Shown here: one piece after another, positions 53,294 to 64,000 of the stretch
Numbering within the stretch: the stretch's first letter is position 1
Layout of the letters: each line of letters opens with the position of its first letter
Source: Amoebidium appalachense
Taxonomy: Eukaryota; Protista; Ichthyosporea
Assembly: GCA_963693365.1 (NCBI GenBank)
Contig: CAVNZM010000002.1
Coordinates: forward strand, 558,001-622,000
DNA: 64,000 nt
Direction of reading: 5' to 3'
The notes under the pieces: model-generated
The model's database searches: none
Told to the model about the DNA's origin: nothing
The model's input: only the letters and a program-made list of their open reading frames with translations
Program-made: the position numbers and the translations under genes

Positions 53294-53415
53294 ACCCGTA
53301 TCTGCACGATCCTAGGCCTCCTTTTTGGGTCATCATATGACTCTTTGCAGATTGGGCAGGCAAGCATGTCCCGTAGCTCCGAGTCCAGGGTTATAACCAT
53401 ATCCCCATCAGGAAA
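51835..53415 (-). CDS. C3HC4 RING finger protein (3' exons; 5' exons unresolved)
   Basis: Exons 53415-53296, 52838-52786, 52003-51835 join in phase: LACPICKESY..PRI..VCGHRLCEDC..ICCPECK. Confidence 0.72.
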
Positions 53416-53973
53416 CTGGAAATATCATGCCCCGTGTCAGGGTTAAACATATGCTTGGTGGTTCAAAGTTTGCAAAAACAGTTTTCATTTTGAAGGAAAC
53501 ATGGAACTCATTACGTGGCAATTAAATAAAGTGTGCTAAGGAGACGCAATAGAGAAGTGTATGCGTGGTTGGTTGTTAGGGTCTGCTTGGGTGTGCCGGT
53601 AAAGGGTTGGTGGGTGGTGTGTGCACCTGTGTAAGAGTGCCTGAGAGAGAGAGAGTGTGTGTGTGTGTGTGGATTGGTATGTGCGAGTAGTTGTGTGTTG
53701 CATGTGTGTGTATTGTGTGTGTGCATGGATGGGTGTTTGTGTGTGTGTGCGTGCGTGGGGGGGGGGGGGGGGGGGGGGAGGGGAGATGGAAGGCGGGGAG
53801 AGGGAATACCGGGGGGGCCTCATAGCATCTCTCTGCCTCACTCAGGTGGGGCTCACCAGACCTGGCCTGGTTCCCTGTTGTTACAGGACTAGTTAATGTA
53901 GGTGAGAGAGCGCAGATAGGGTTGACACATATATAGGTCGGGCTGGCGGGTGTTATCTTACCATAGCAGCCGG

Positions 53974-54021
<48 letters not shown>

Positions 54022-55905
54022 TTGAAGCGCCGGGGGGAGGGGGGAGGGGGAGGGGGGGGCGGGGGGGGCTTAACGTGTTTTTGGGTGTTTGGATGGACTG
54101 TGTTGGGGTGAAGAAGAATAGAAGCCGCCATAGACAAGGGAGGAAATAGAGGAGTGCAGATTGGTAACAGCAAGGCAATGAGGCACAGGGGGGGAGGGGG
54201 GGGGGGGGGGGGGGGGGGGAGGGAGGGATGGAGGACAAATGTTTTGAAAAGAAATGAAAAGAAAATTTAAAGCAATAGCAGGAAATGTGGGGAAAAGAAG
54301 TAGTGATCGATATGGACCAGCAACGGAGGTTTTAGGTTGGTGGGAGGGACGGGGGGAGGGGGGGGGCGGGAGGGGGGGGGGGGGGGGGGGGGGGGGGGAA
54401 GAGGATAGAGGTGTGTGTGTGGGGGGGGGGTGGGGGGGGGAGGAGGAGAGGGAGGGTCGGGGAAGGGCTCGGATTGAACTGGATGTGGTGTGAGATAAAT
54501 GGCTGTCTTGTGCACACGTCGAACGGATGACCGAGCGTAAGCGCACTGTGCGATGTTCTCCAGGGAAAACCAATCCATTTTGTCTCTACTCATACCAAAC
54601 CCTTTGTCTGCAGCCCATCAACAGCATTGTTATAAATACGTTGGGAAATATTTAAAGGAAAACGGTGCAGGACACTCAGAGTGTGGGTGTAGTGCCACAG
54701 AAAAGGGTGATGGGGGTGGGGGAGAACGGGGGGTGAGGGGAGGGAGGGGAAGAAGGGAAGGAGGGACACAAGAGCAGCCTAAGAGTTTCTGTGAGGCAAC
54801 AGTGGAAACGACACAGATGGGGAGAAAGGAATACGAGCTTAAGTGTGTGCGCTTTCGTGTGCCTAAAGATGTGCACGTGTGTGCTCAGAGACGGATTGGG
54901 TGCGGAAGGCGGCCAGTTAAGGTGCGAGTGTCTGTGCGTGTGTGCTTTTATGCACGTGTGTGCGTGTGTTGTGAGCACGAGTGCGTGCAGCACATGCACG
55001 CGCACGTGTGGGTGGGTGGGTGGGCGTACAAGCGTGCAAGTGCGTGCGGGTGTGTGAATGGGTCGTTGGTGAGGGAGGACTGTTTGCAGTGTGCAAAAAG
55101 AAGAGTTCCACGTACGGCCTTTCCTGCTTGCAGACATGGCGGATATTTCTCTCCTGCTGTCAAGGTGAGTCAGTGCCCCCTCGAACCGTCCAAACCAAAC
55201 TCCTTAATTGCAAGGCCAAGCAATGGAATTTTCTTTCTCAGCTGGCTTTACATATTAGAAGGGGCTGTGCTCCCACCGTCTCGAGCCAAAATATAGACCG
55301 TATAACCCCAATGTAATTTGGTGAATCAATCTTGTATCCCGGGAATTTTGGAAACTCGGTCAATTAGGGTGATTCACATTTAATGTGAATCAAAACCCCT
55401 CTTCAAAAAACAGAGTTTTTTCCCGTATAAATGACCCGGTGGGGTCGAAACTTTGCAAGAGCGAAGTAAACATATATAGTTTTCAAAGCCCCGCGGCTGG
55501 GTATGGGTTGTATATGGACTTTGCGGCGCAGCGAGGGCGTGCTGGCACACAAAGTTGGATATCGACAACCCATAGAATGATCAATGCTTGCAATCGACTG
55601 ATTGATGTAAGTGTGCTGCCTTGCAATATATTACCTCATAATGAGCTTCTGAACAGCGTTTCATCTATTGAGTAAAGATGAAGGTCGACAAGTTTCAATG
55701 CTTTACACCCCTCGAAGACTGAAAACCATTGGTTGTTAAACAAAGGAAAACCATATTCGATTCAGTCGCACACATCGATTCAGTCGCACACATCGATTCA
55801 AATGTCGCTCTTTATTATCTGCTAATAAATAGTATCCTTCGCGCATCCACCCCTAAACCAGGCCATCCGTGGCCCTAAGGGCCGGGGAACACCCCCATCC
55901 ATGTC

Positions 55906-57096
55906 ATGGCACATGCCTATAATCGTTTCAGAACCTCTTTCAAAGTTCCATCTACACCCATCACACATGTGCGACCATTAAAACGTCCAGCAGATACACC
56001 TACCACAGATGCACAACCAGAAAAACATCGCCTTAGACTAAGCGCAACACCTATTTACAATACACTACCCATTCAGAATAACACCACACCACTCCGTAGA
56101 AACACAATAACAACCATGCCGAAACTTTCGGTTGATACAGTACTGGCAGAACTTGCCCTCGTTAAGAAACAGCTAAATGAGCTGTTACCACTCAAGAACA
56201 TGATAGAAAAACTCCAAACAGAAAATACCCAACTCAAGCTCACCATTGATTCACTCACAGCCCAGCTAAACATTAGTGGATCGCAAAACCCCAAAACTCA
56301 TGAGCAAACATCTCGCGACGGAGACATTTCCACCCCAACACAAAACAACACAGGACCGGAAGCACAGCTCCCGGCAGAGTTCCTAGAATATGCGAACTCT
56401 CGTAAAACACCCGAGCTCCGCCAAATTGCCAAGGAAACATATGCCAGCATTCTTGCAGGCAACGAGTACCGCCGCAACTCCCCTCCCAAACCGCCGGCTA
56501 AGGGGAACACCCAAGCAAACGGTAACATCAACATCCCACCCAAATACGAGAGGGTGTATTTCAAAGTCAAGCACGGCAGACGCCCACACAGGGCCATGTG
56601 GTCCATCTTCAAGGCACTCGGCTTCCGGTGCTCTCGCATCCTTTGTCTGTCCTTCATTGGATACGATGTGCTGGAAGTAGCAGTACGGGGCGACTATAAC
56701 CGTGCGTTCATCCGTGACGCGACAAAGGGGTGTGGAAGCTTCTTCACCGTGACCCACCTCCCAAGCTACGACCCATGCGCGCCGGAAAACATTCAGAAAG
56801 CAGACAAAGAACGTAAAGTGTCTGCTAAGAATGCGTGCGCCACACGTTGTCGTGTACGCATCAGCAAGGCAAAAGAGTTCCTCGCAAAGTTGGAAAACGA
56901 TGCTACGAGCGTGATAGACACGGACACGAAGGAACCAATGTTTTCTGGTGAGAAACTGCTCGAGCGCAAACGCCGATGCGAGATGGAAATCGAGCTCTTC
57001 TGCGAATTGTTCGCGCTGGCGGAAGGTCGTGCATACGACCCCGTAAGCGACAAGTGGGAACCAACCCCACAGGTGTCGGACCAAACCGATGCCTAA
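55906..57096 (+). CDS. LINE ORF1 (copy 2)
   Basis: 396 aa, near-identical to 19755-20939. Confidence 0.85.
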   Translation: MAHAYNRFRTSFKVPSTPITHVRPLKRPADTPTTDAQPEKHRLRLSATPIYNTLPIQNNTTPLRRNTITTMPKLSVDTVLAELALVKKQLNELLPLKNMIEKLQTENTQLKLTIDSLTAQLNISGSQNPKTHEQTSRDGDISTPTQNNTGPEAQLPAEFLEYANSRKTPELRQIAKETYASILAGNEYRRNSPPKPPAKGNTQANGNINIPPKYERVYFKVKHGRRPHRAMWSIFKALGFRCSRILCLSFIGYDVLEVAVRGDYNRAFIRDATKGCGSFFTVTHLPSYDPCAPENIQKADKERKVSAKNACATRCRVRISKAKEFLAKLENDATSVIDTDTKEPMFSGEKLLERKRRCEMEIELFCELFALAEGRAYDPVSDKWEPTPQVSDQTDA

Positions 57097-60000
57097 TTTA
57101 TCCTTCTTCTTCTGGAATGCTCGGACACTGGGCCCCCAAAAGGGCCTCCCCCCCGGGACACTCGACGATAAAATCAGCTACATACAACAACAGACAAACA
57201 ACCACACGTTTACAGTGATTTGCGAAACACAGTTTAAAAACCACCACAAATTCAACTCTACATTGGTCGACACATCCACACACCCCGGTTACGCGAAAAA
57301 CCGAGGCATTATTGTACTTGCCGCACCACACGTGAGAGTGAAGTGCAAACCGGTAGCAAAAACGGAATTCTTGGTTTCTATAGAGTTTCTTTCTAATGTT
57401 TTTACTTTTGTATATTACCCACCATCTATGTCGGTTGTCGAATTGACTCACGAGTTGTCACAGTTACCAATGTCCACTGTTATTTTAGGTGATTTTAACA
57501 CGCGACTCCACCACACAGACACACTGCAAGTGAGTGTCGGGTACCCATCTAAGCCCCCGGAGCGTGCTATCCCTTTAGCAAGGTATGTCCAAAGTCACAC
57601 TTTGCGGTTCCCTCAAATATCCCATGCCCACAACACCGACTGGGGAGTGGCCTTTTGGCCATCAACCATGTCAAAACTCTCTCTCCCTCCTAACCTCTCT
57701 AGGTCATCTGACCACTCTCCTATCCTTTTCCTACCTAAGATCTCCCTTGATCTGCTCCCCCCTCCCCCTCCCACCTTTCGCCTCCGTCTATCCCAGCTTA
57801 AGTCACAGTGGGGTAGAGTTGATGTATGTGTATGCTATGCTACGAAACACCCTATATATATGCGCCTATTAGAATCTGCACAAGCCAGGCCAGATTCACA
57901 TCTCGTACTAGATACATGCACTAACTTTATTGTTGATGATTTGATAGATCTCGGTGATTATGCTGGCGGTGGTAGGAAGGAATACCCCGATGCTCTCTTG
58001 TTACCAAACACCACTCCCGCTAGACTAGGTGAACCCCTGTCTCAAAAGGAAAGCTTGCGCCGGCTTGCTAGTATGAATCGATTTGGCCCCCCTGCTCGTA
58101 TTATTGGTGATACCACTGGAGACCCCCTCATAGACTCTGATAAGTATTTCTCGGAACTGTTTAAAGATAGGACCCCCGCTCAGAAACCTATTGTGTGGCC
58201 TGTAGACCCATCTATCCCCATAGAATCGATCCTCCCCTTTTTCAGTCCCGATGCCATATGGTCTGTGATATCTAGTTATAGCTCTAGTAAGTCTTGTGGA
58301 CCTGATGGACTCCCTGCTGGGTTTCTTAAAATCCTTGTTCCCTCCTACCCACAAAAGGAAAGTGATCGTGCTATTAAACCTGATCTTACTATCATGTTAA
58401 GCTCTCTCTTTTCTTGGTGTGTTAAATGTGGGCATGTCCTGTCATCTTGGTTAGATACCTTAGTGATCCCCATAGTTAAGAAGGACTCTGAGGGCCCCAT
58501 ATCATCCTTTCGCCCCATTACACTAACCCAGGTTGTTCGTAGATTCTTTGAAGCTTGCTTACTTAGGTTATTTGCACATCACCCTAGGTTTCAATCTATT
58601 CTTCACATACACCCATGCCAATCCGCGTTTCGTAAAAACAATTCATGTTATGTTCAAATAATGGCACTGCACGATTCTATGCAAGTTGGTGCACAATATG
58701 TTGGCTTTATTGATTGGAAAACTGCTTACGATTCTGTCTCCCCTGGTCTCCTATGGGAAAAGCTAAGCCTTGCTGCACGGGGTGTACCACACTGCATTGG
58801 TGTTCTGTTAGAAGCACTCTTGTCTCAAACCTATGGTAGAGCTGTGGTTAATGGGCATCTTTCATATGGTTTTGCTCGTACTAGAGGTCTCTTGCAGGGT
58901 TCATTGCTTAGCCCCTTTTTGTTTAACCTATTTATAGATGATTTGGCTGTCAAGATTTACGCCGAAAACGATGACCCTATTAATAACTTTCCGCCTGCAC
59001 TTCTCTATGCTGATGATCTGTCCCTCCTTGCCCGTACCCCTAGACGCCTGCAAAGATTGTTCGATGTAGTGTCAGAGTGGTGCAAGGCAAACCTTATGAT
59101 CCTTAACATAGACAAATGTGGTGTTCTTGTACCTGATATAGCTAACAATTTACACACATTTACATTATCATCTAAACCTGTACCTATAGTTCCAGAATAC
59201 AAATATCTTGGTGTTCCGGTTGATTCTGTTGGTGTTATGTTTCCCCATATGGTCGAAAAGAGGGTAGAGTTGGCTCGTAAGCGGTTAGCTTTCTTCTCGG
59301 CTAATATTTTTAAAGACACACCCCTCCATCCTTCTATTAGACTTACATTTATTCGCACTTTTGTCTTCCCGGCATGTGAATATGGTTTACCCCTTCTCGC
59401 CGCTTGGATCAAGAAAGAGAGAACTAGAGCGCTTAAACCCTTGGCAAATTTCCTTGAAGCAGAAGTTGCCTCCTTTCTATCTAACAACTGTTGTAAACCT
59501 GGGCCTGTAACGCTCTCGATATATGGTCTGGTCCCAATAGCTGCTAGAGTATCCTATCTCGCGCTGAAATTCAATAAGCACATAAGCCGCTTAAAGAAGT
59601 ATTTGCCCTCCCACCCTCTCTTCTCTATCCGACCTGTCCCCTCCTCACCTCTCCCCTCTTTCCTCCCCTCTCTCTCCCCTTCTCCCCTGGGCACAAATAC
59701 AAATAAACCCCGCAATAGTGTGTGTGTGACTTTGGACTGCCACTTACTTATTAAACATGTACACAATCACAAGATAATCACGCAATATAACAAATGGAAA
59801 AAGATACCACACGACACTAGACCCGATGAAAGCATACACCTTGAAAAACTAAGCCTTATGTCTCGTTTTATATATACTGACCGCCTCAACCATATTGCCA
59901 AATATGGCACTCGCAAGTGTATAACACCTAAGTACATATTACCTTCCTGTAGAACTGGTCTTTCTCTAGCTGATGGTATTATTGATCAATTACCACGCTT

Positions 60001-60289
60001 TTACTGTACACGTGCTATACAGTGGAGATCTAATAAGTATAAGGTGGCATCATTTGCATGCCCAAACAACACACACACACACCAGTTTAACCGGTCATGT
60101 ATCGCCAAATGTAGTTTGATAGACCACATAATACCGCAACACACACACGTCACATTCACAACAGACACCCAGAAAGATAGCCTACCTGTAAATTACAACA
60201 TCCTTGATTTTATACTAAACACGCGTAACTACGACCTGTTTATTAGATGTATTGATTGGCTTGAGAAACACATCACTACAAAATTATAG
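57089..60289 (+). CDS. LINE ORF2 APE-RT (copy 2)
   Basis: 1066 aa; two visible substitutions versus copy 1 (S>L, P>L). Confidence 0.96.
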   Translation: MPNLSFFFWNARTLGPQKGLPPGTLDDKISYIQQQTNNHTFTVICETQFKNHHKFNSTLVDTSTHPGYAKNRGIIVLAAPHVRVKCKPVAKTEFLVSIEFLSNVFTFVYYPPSMSVVELTHELSQLPMSTVILGDFNTRLHHTDTLQVSVGYPSKPPERAIPLARYVQSHTLRFPQISHAHNTDWGVAFWPSTMSKLSLPPNLSRSSDHSPILFLPKISLDLLPPPPPTFRLRLSQLKSQWGRVDVCVCYATKHPIYMRLLESAQARPDSHLVLDTCTNFIVDDLIDLGDYAGGGRKEYPDALLLPNTTPARLGEPLSQKESLRRLASMNRFGPPARIIGDTTGDPLIDSDKYFSELFKDRTPAQKPIVWPVDPSIPIESILPFFSPDAIWSVISSYSSSKSCGPDGLPAGFLKILVPSYPQKESDRAIKPDLTIMLSSLFSWCVKCGHVLSSWLDTLVIPIVKKDSEGPISSFRPITLTQVVRRFFEACLLRLFAHHPRFQSILHIHPCQSAFRKNNSCYVQIMALHDSMQVGAQYVGFIDWKTAYDSVSPGLLWEKLSLAARGVPHCIGVLLEALLSQTYGRAVVNGHLSYGFARTRGLLQGSLLSPFLFNLFIDDLAVKIYAENDDPINNFPPALLYADDLSLLARTPRRLQRLFDVVSEWCKANLMILNIDKCGVLVPDIANNLHTFTLSSKPVPIVPEYKYLGVPVDSVGVMFPHMVEKRVELARKRLAFFSANIFKDTPLHPSIRLTFIRTFVFPACEYGLPLLAAWIKKERTRALKPLANFLEAEVASFLSNNCCKPGPVTLSIYGLVPIAARVSYLALKFNKHISRLKKYLPSHPLFSIRPVPSSPLPSFLPSLSPSPLGTNTNKPRNSVCVTLDCHLLIKHVHNHKIITQYNKWKKIPHDTRPDESIHLEKLSLMSRFIYTDRLNHIAKYGTRKCITPKYILPSCRTGLSLADGIIDQLPRFYCTRAIQWRSNKYKVASFACPNNTHTHQFNRSCIAKCSLIDHIIPQHTHVTFTTDTQKDSLPVNYNILDFILNTRNYDLFIRCIDWLEKHITTKL

Positions 60290-60293
60290 CGCA

Positions 60294-60368
<75 letters not shown>

Positions 60369-60400
60369 CCAGCTGATACCGAGTGTCCCGAGGGGAGCCC

Positions 60401-60436
<36 letters not shown>

Positions 60437-60788
60437 GGGGAACCCCAACTAATTGATTTCTCCTTGTAGTCTTTATGGTGTCTCGTAGAGAAAGTAAACC
60501 CTGATATATAGTCACCACCCGACATCTATGTACGTGATCATGATATACCGCTGAGGGGATATTCCGAGCAAAACCCCCCCCCCCATACCTGAGACTGGTT
60601 CTCTTTGCCTCGAGTAAACAGCGTAAACCCCCAAAACCATATATGTAGCCTTTTTTGGCTCTTGTAAACAAAAAGCAACGAACCGTGGCCAGTTGAAAGA
60701 GCTGCACGTAGATCATCTTCCCATACCCGTGATTGAATTGCACCGTTATAATGTCACTTCTCCTTGATATATACCAGTAGTTGGTGTC

Positions 60789-61146
60789 TCTTACAATGCA
60801 CACAAAGAATGGACGGGGGCATGGAACTTGGTGATGGCAGTGGTGTGGGGTTCGAAGCAGGGGCACTTGACTCGGATTTGTTTGACAATATTTTTTCCGA
60901 CGATAGCACACAGAGTGATACAGAAGACAGCGAGCTACAGAGGATACCGCTCTCTCAGGGAAATGGCGTATATTTGAGCCCAAGCAAGTAGACATAACAC
61001 TCAAAGCAGACGATATTGAAAACAGGCTCCTAGACACGTTCAGGCGCAAGTCCAGTAATCCAAACGCCAAATCCTGCTTCGATATATGGCACACGAACAA
61101 GGATATCAAAACACCTGAATACTGGGCAGATTACGAGCCTCAGTAG
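60789..61146 (+). other. Possible degraded coding fragment of unknown function
   Basis: Protein-like acidic stretch MDGGMELGD..DSDLFDNIFSDD followed by a second frame DITLKADDIENRLL..; no recognisable domain. Confidence 0.25.
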
Positions 61147-62862
61147 ACACGGTGGTCGCGCGTGTGTGTGTGTGCGTGCATGTGCGTGTGCATGTGCGTG
61201 TGCGTGTGCATGTGCGTGCGCGCGTGCGCGCGTAGTGGGTGTGTCCGACGGGAGTCTGGGGCAATCAGAATCTCCTCCCCACCCTCCCCAGGCCCCCGCC
61301 CCCATACACACACGTACACAAGTGCACAAAGGCTTTCATCCCCTTTGACAAGAACAGCAGCCCCCCCCCCCCCAAAAAAAAAAAAAAAAAAAAAAGAAAG
61401 AAAGAAAGAAAGAAAAAGAAAAGCCCCCCTCCCCTCCCCCCCTCTCGCCTCCCCCGGCCTGACACCCCAGCCATTTTTCTTTCATAAACCCCCCTTCCTA
61501 TTTTCCTACCCATCACATGGCCTATCTCCAGCCCCGTGCTCTCCTCTCTCACCTCCCACCTCTCCATTTCCCTCTCAGACTCCCCCCCCTCCCCCCCCCC
61601 CCCCCCACCCCCCCCCCCCCCTCCCTCACTCCACACATACACACACACACCGTGGCAGACACAGACCAGCCAATATTCAATCCCCGCCGAAACTCTCTCT
61701 CATTGGCTCCAGGTCACTTGCCATTTGAGCCATTCCCATCTGTATTGATTGGAGGTTGGTCCAGGAGTACTCCCCTCTCTCTTCCCCTCCCTCATTCCCT
61801 ACCAGTTGCCCCTTGCCCCCCTTCCCCCTCTGCCTCCGCCCTTCCCTGAATTTACTCCCTCCCCCCCCCCCCCCCCCCCCCCCCCTCCCCCCCTCCGACC
61901 CTCCCGCCCCCCCTCCCCCCTCCCTGAATTCACTCTCTCCTGCCCCTTCCCCTCCTCCCCCCTCCCCTCCCTGCCTCCCCCCTCCCCCCCCCCCCCCCCC
62001 CCCCCAGGTCTCCCCCCCCTCCCCCCCCCCAAGCACCAAAAAAAAACTCTCCGGGGGAAGCGGGGAGGAGGGGGGGGAGAGCGGGGGATGTTCCCTTGTG
62101 TGTGTGTACGAAACAGAGAGATGGCGAGTTCTGGATCACGAATGAAACAATGCATATCATTATCTTTTTTCACTTGCCGCAGACGCTTCCCTGTGCTACA
62201 AGCCATATCTTTACATGGCAACAAACCCCTTTGGCGGCACAACCAAGTTCTGTATGAGGTCGTTGGAGCAGCAAAGCAATCGGAACCAAACCCAAATTCG
62301 GGCGCAGGCTTATAGCATTTCCTTTCCATACGTCCGTGAAGTGATGCCGATTAGAGGTGGTTTTTAAGGTGGGAACGAGAAAAAAAGAAAAGTGGATGGT
62401 TGAGCTTAGGTTGTTGTTATCAGGCTAGTCGATTTCAGCTTTTCCGTTATCTTATGAAGGAAAAATCATTCACTTCCTGAGCGCAAGTCCTTCATCCCCC
62501 CCCCCTCCCCCCCCCCCCCCCGCCGAGGGAGGGAAAGGGGGGTCTGGGGGGGGGTGGGGGGGGGGGCTAATTGTTAACCTACGAACACCCTTGCATTGGT
62601 TCGGGAACAAGTAAGGGGAGAGGGGGGGATGGTGGGGGGAAGGAGGGGGGGGGGGGGGGAGGGGGGAGGGGGTAGATACACTCGTAAGCCCTGAGCCAGA
62701 ACTTGGGCAGAGGAACACTGTGGGACAGCAAAGCAACACGGTGCAGCAATTCAGCAGAAAGCAGGAAAAATCATCAAGCCACATACATGTGACCACTCAG
62801 GCTTACATGGGTGGTGTTGATTCAGGAGGGAGACCATTGTGTGTGTGTGTATGTGTGTGTGT

Positions 62863-62962
<100 letters not shown>

Positions 62963-63688
62963 TGCGTTTGTGTTTGTGCGTGTGTGTGTTTCAAGTGCCC
63001 GGTGCATACCTTAACGGTCCTCTCAGTGCTGTGTGTGCGCATGAGAGTTTAAGTTTCCCCCACCTGCTGTTAGGTGGCGATAACCATAATGATTGGGAAT
63101 GGGAGATGCAAAGTTGTATTTTCTCGTCATCCATTTTATTAGTTAGGCCACACAGTGACCTTTATATTCGTAATCATTCAATCCATTATAAATGACCACA
63201 CCGAGCGACTGGCAACAGTGCCTGTTATTATCATCCCTGGGCTTACACAGGCCTAGGGCTACGAAATTGTGTTAGTCCGGCTATCTTTTACACTGCCAGA
63301 CGTGACAACCGGAAAAGAGGACAGTAAAAGCTCTTTACACTGAGTATGCCCTTTTTGACTAAGTTGTGCATCGATATATCACCCCATGATTCAGCTATCC
63401 TCCGGGTTTGCTTAAAAACAAAAAAAATAATAAATCACAGACTAATGGACGGACCATTCATCAGCCGTGTAGCATAGCAAGAAGACTTTGTTTCAAAATG
63501 TATTTATAGCATTTCGGCTATTGAAACAGTATATCTATGGACACAACGCCCGATAGCATAACAAGGGCTTTCGTTAGACCCGGCTGAAACCGTGCAAGTC
63601 AATATAGAAAGGTTTTGAACAACTAGTGTCGAGTCTCACGCATCTAGTAGGGTATCATTTTTCTCCAGACGACAGGGATTTCCTTCAT

Positions 63689-64000
63689 TCACTCGTCAGC
63701 CAGCAGGGCACACTGTGCGCGGGTCAGGACCAGCTCATCCTTGATTGCAGAGTTCACAAACGGGAACCAGCACAGGGCAAAGTGCACCAGCTGAAACTGG
63801 GGCCCATCCCAACCATACCACAGCACCCGCTCCGACGCCGGCACATGCACGAGGTACTGTTTGAGAATCTGTGGGCGGATGGCGGCGGGGTTAACCTGGT
63901 ACATTCTGTCGAGCATGCAGTCGTCATAGAGCTTGTTGCACGGTCCAGTGGGTGTCAGGTTGGCAAATGACTCTGTGCGCAGATTGGTCGGATGGCTGCT
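63689..64000 (-). other. Possible 3' coding fragment of an unknown gene extending beyond the window
   Basis: Complex, repeat-free sequence reading ..LDRMYQVNPAAIRPQILKQYL..WFPF; no motif recognised. Confidence 0.25.

Larger units (their letters stand above)
55757..60632 (+). mobile_element. Full-length LINE, copy 2
   Basis: 10-bp TSD AAAACCATAT at 55747-55756 and 60633-60642. Differs from copy 1 by a 6-nt ORF1 insertion and a few substitutions. Confidence 0.95.

Overview
Eukaryotic genomic DNA, probably from a long-read assembly: several single-base frameshifts fall in homopolymer runs. The taxon cannot be fixed from the sequence; a unicellular opisthokont is plausible but is an inference. 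Bases 1-24.5 kb are a nested transposon cluster. It holds a Ty3/Gypsy element whose gag and pol are separated by one in-frame UAG, and a very young Ty1/Copia element (708-bp LTRs, CTCGG TSD) inserted into the integrase of a decayed chromovirus. It also holds a ~3.4-kb TIR DNA transposon flanked by TTAA that carries a THAP/Harbinger-ISL2EU-type transposase remnant and a convergent EXO1/XPG-family nuclease. An intact APE-RT LINE is inserted inside that transposon's right TIR. Bases 25-55 kb hold intron-rich host genes whose introns are packed with poly-C/G and (CA)/(GT) tracts: a 16-exon HCF-1 homolog ending in a C2H2 zinc finger, SFT2, an RBR-ligase-like remnant, class II eIF4E and a RING protein. 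A near-identical second LINE copy lies at 55.8-60.6 kb. The best candidates for something new are the EXO1-carrying THAP DNA transposon, the HCF-1/C2H2 fusion, and the LINE whose true 3' end lies ~200 bp beyond its poly(A).
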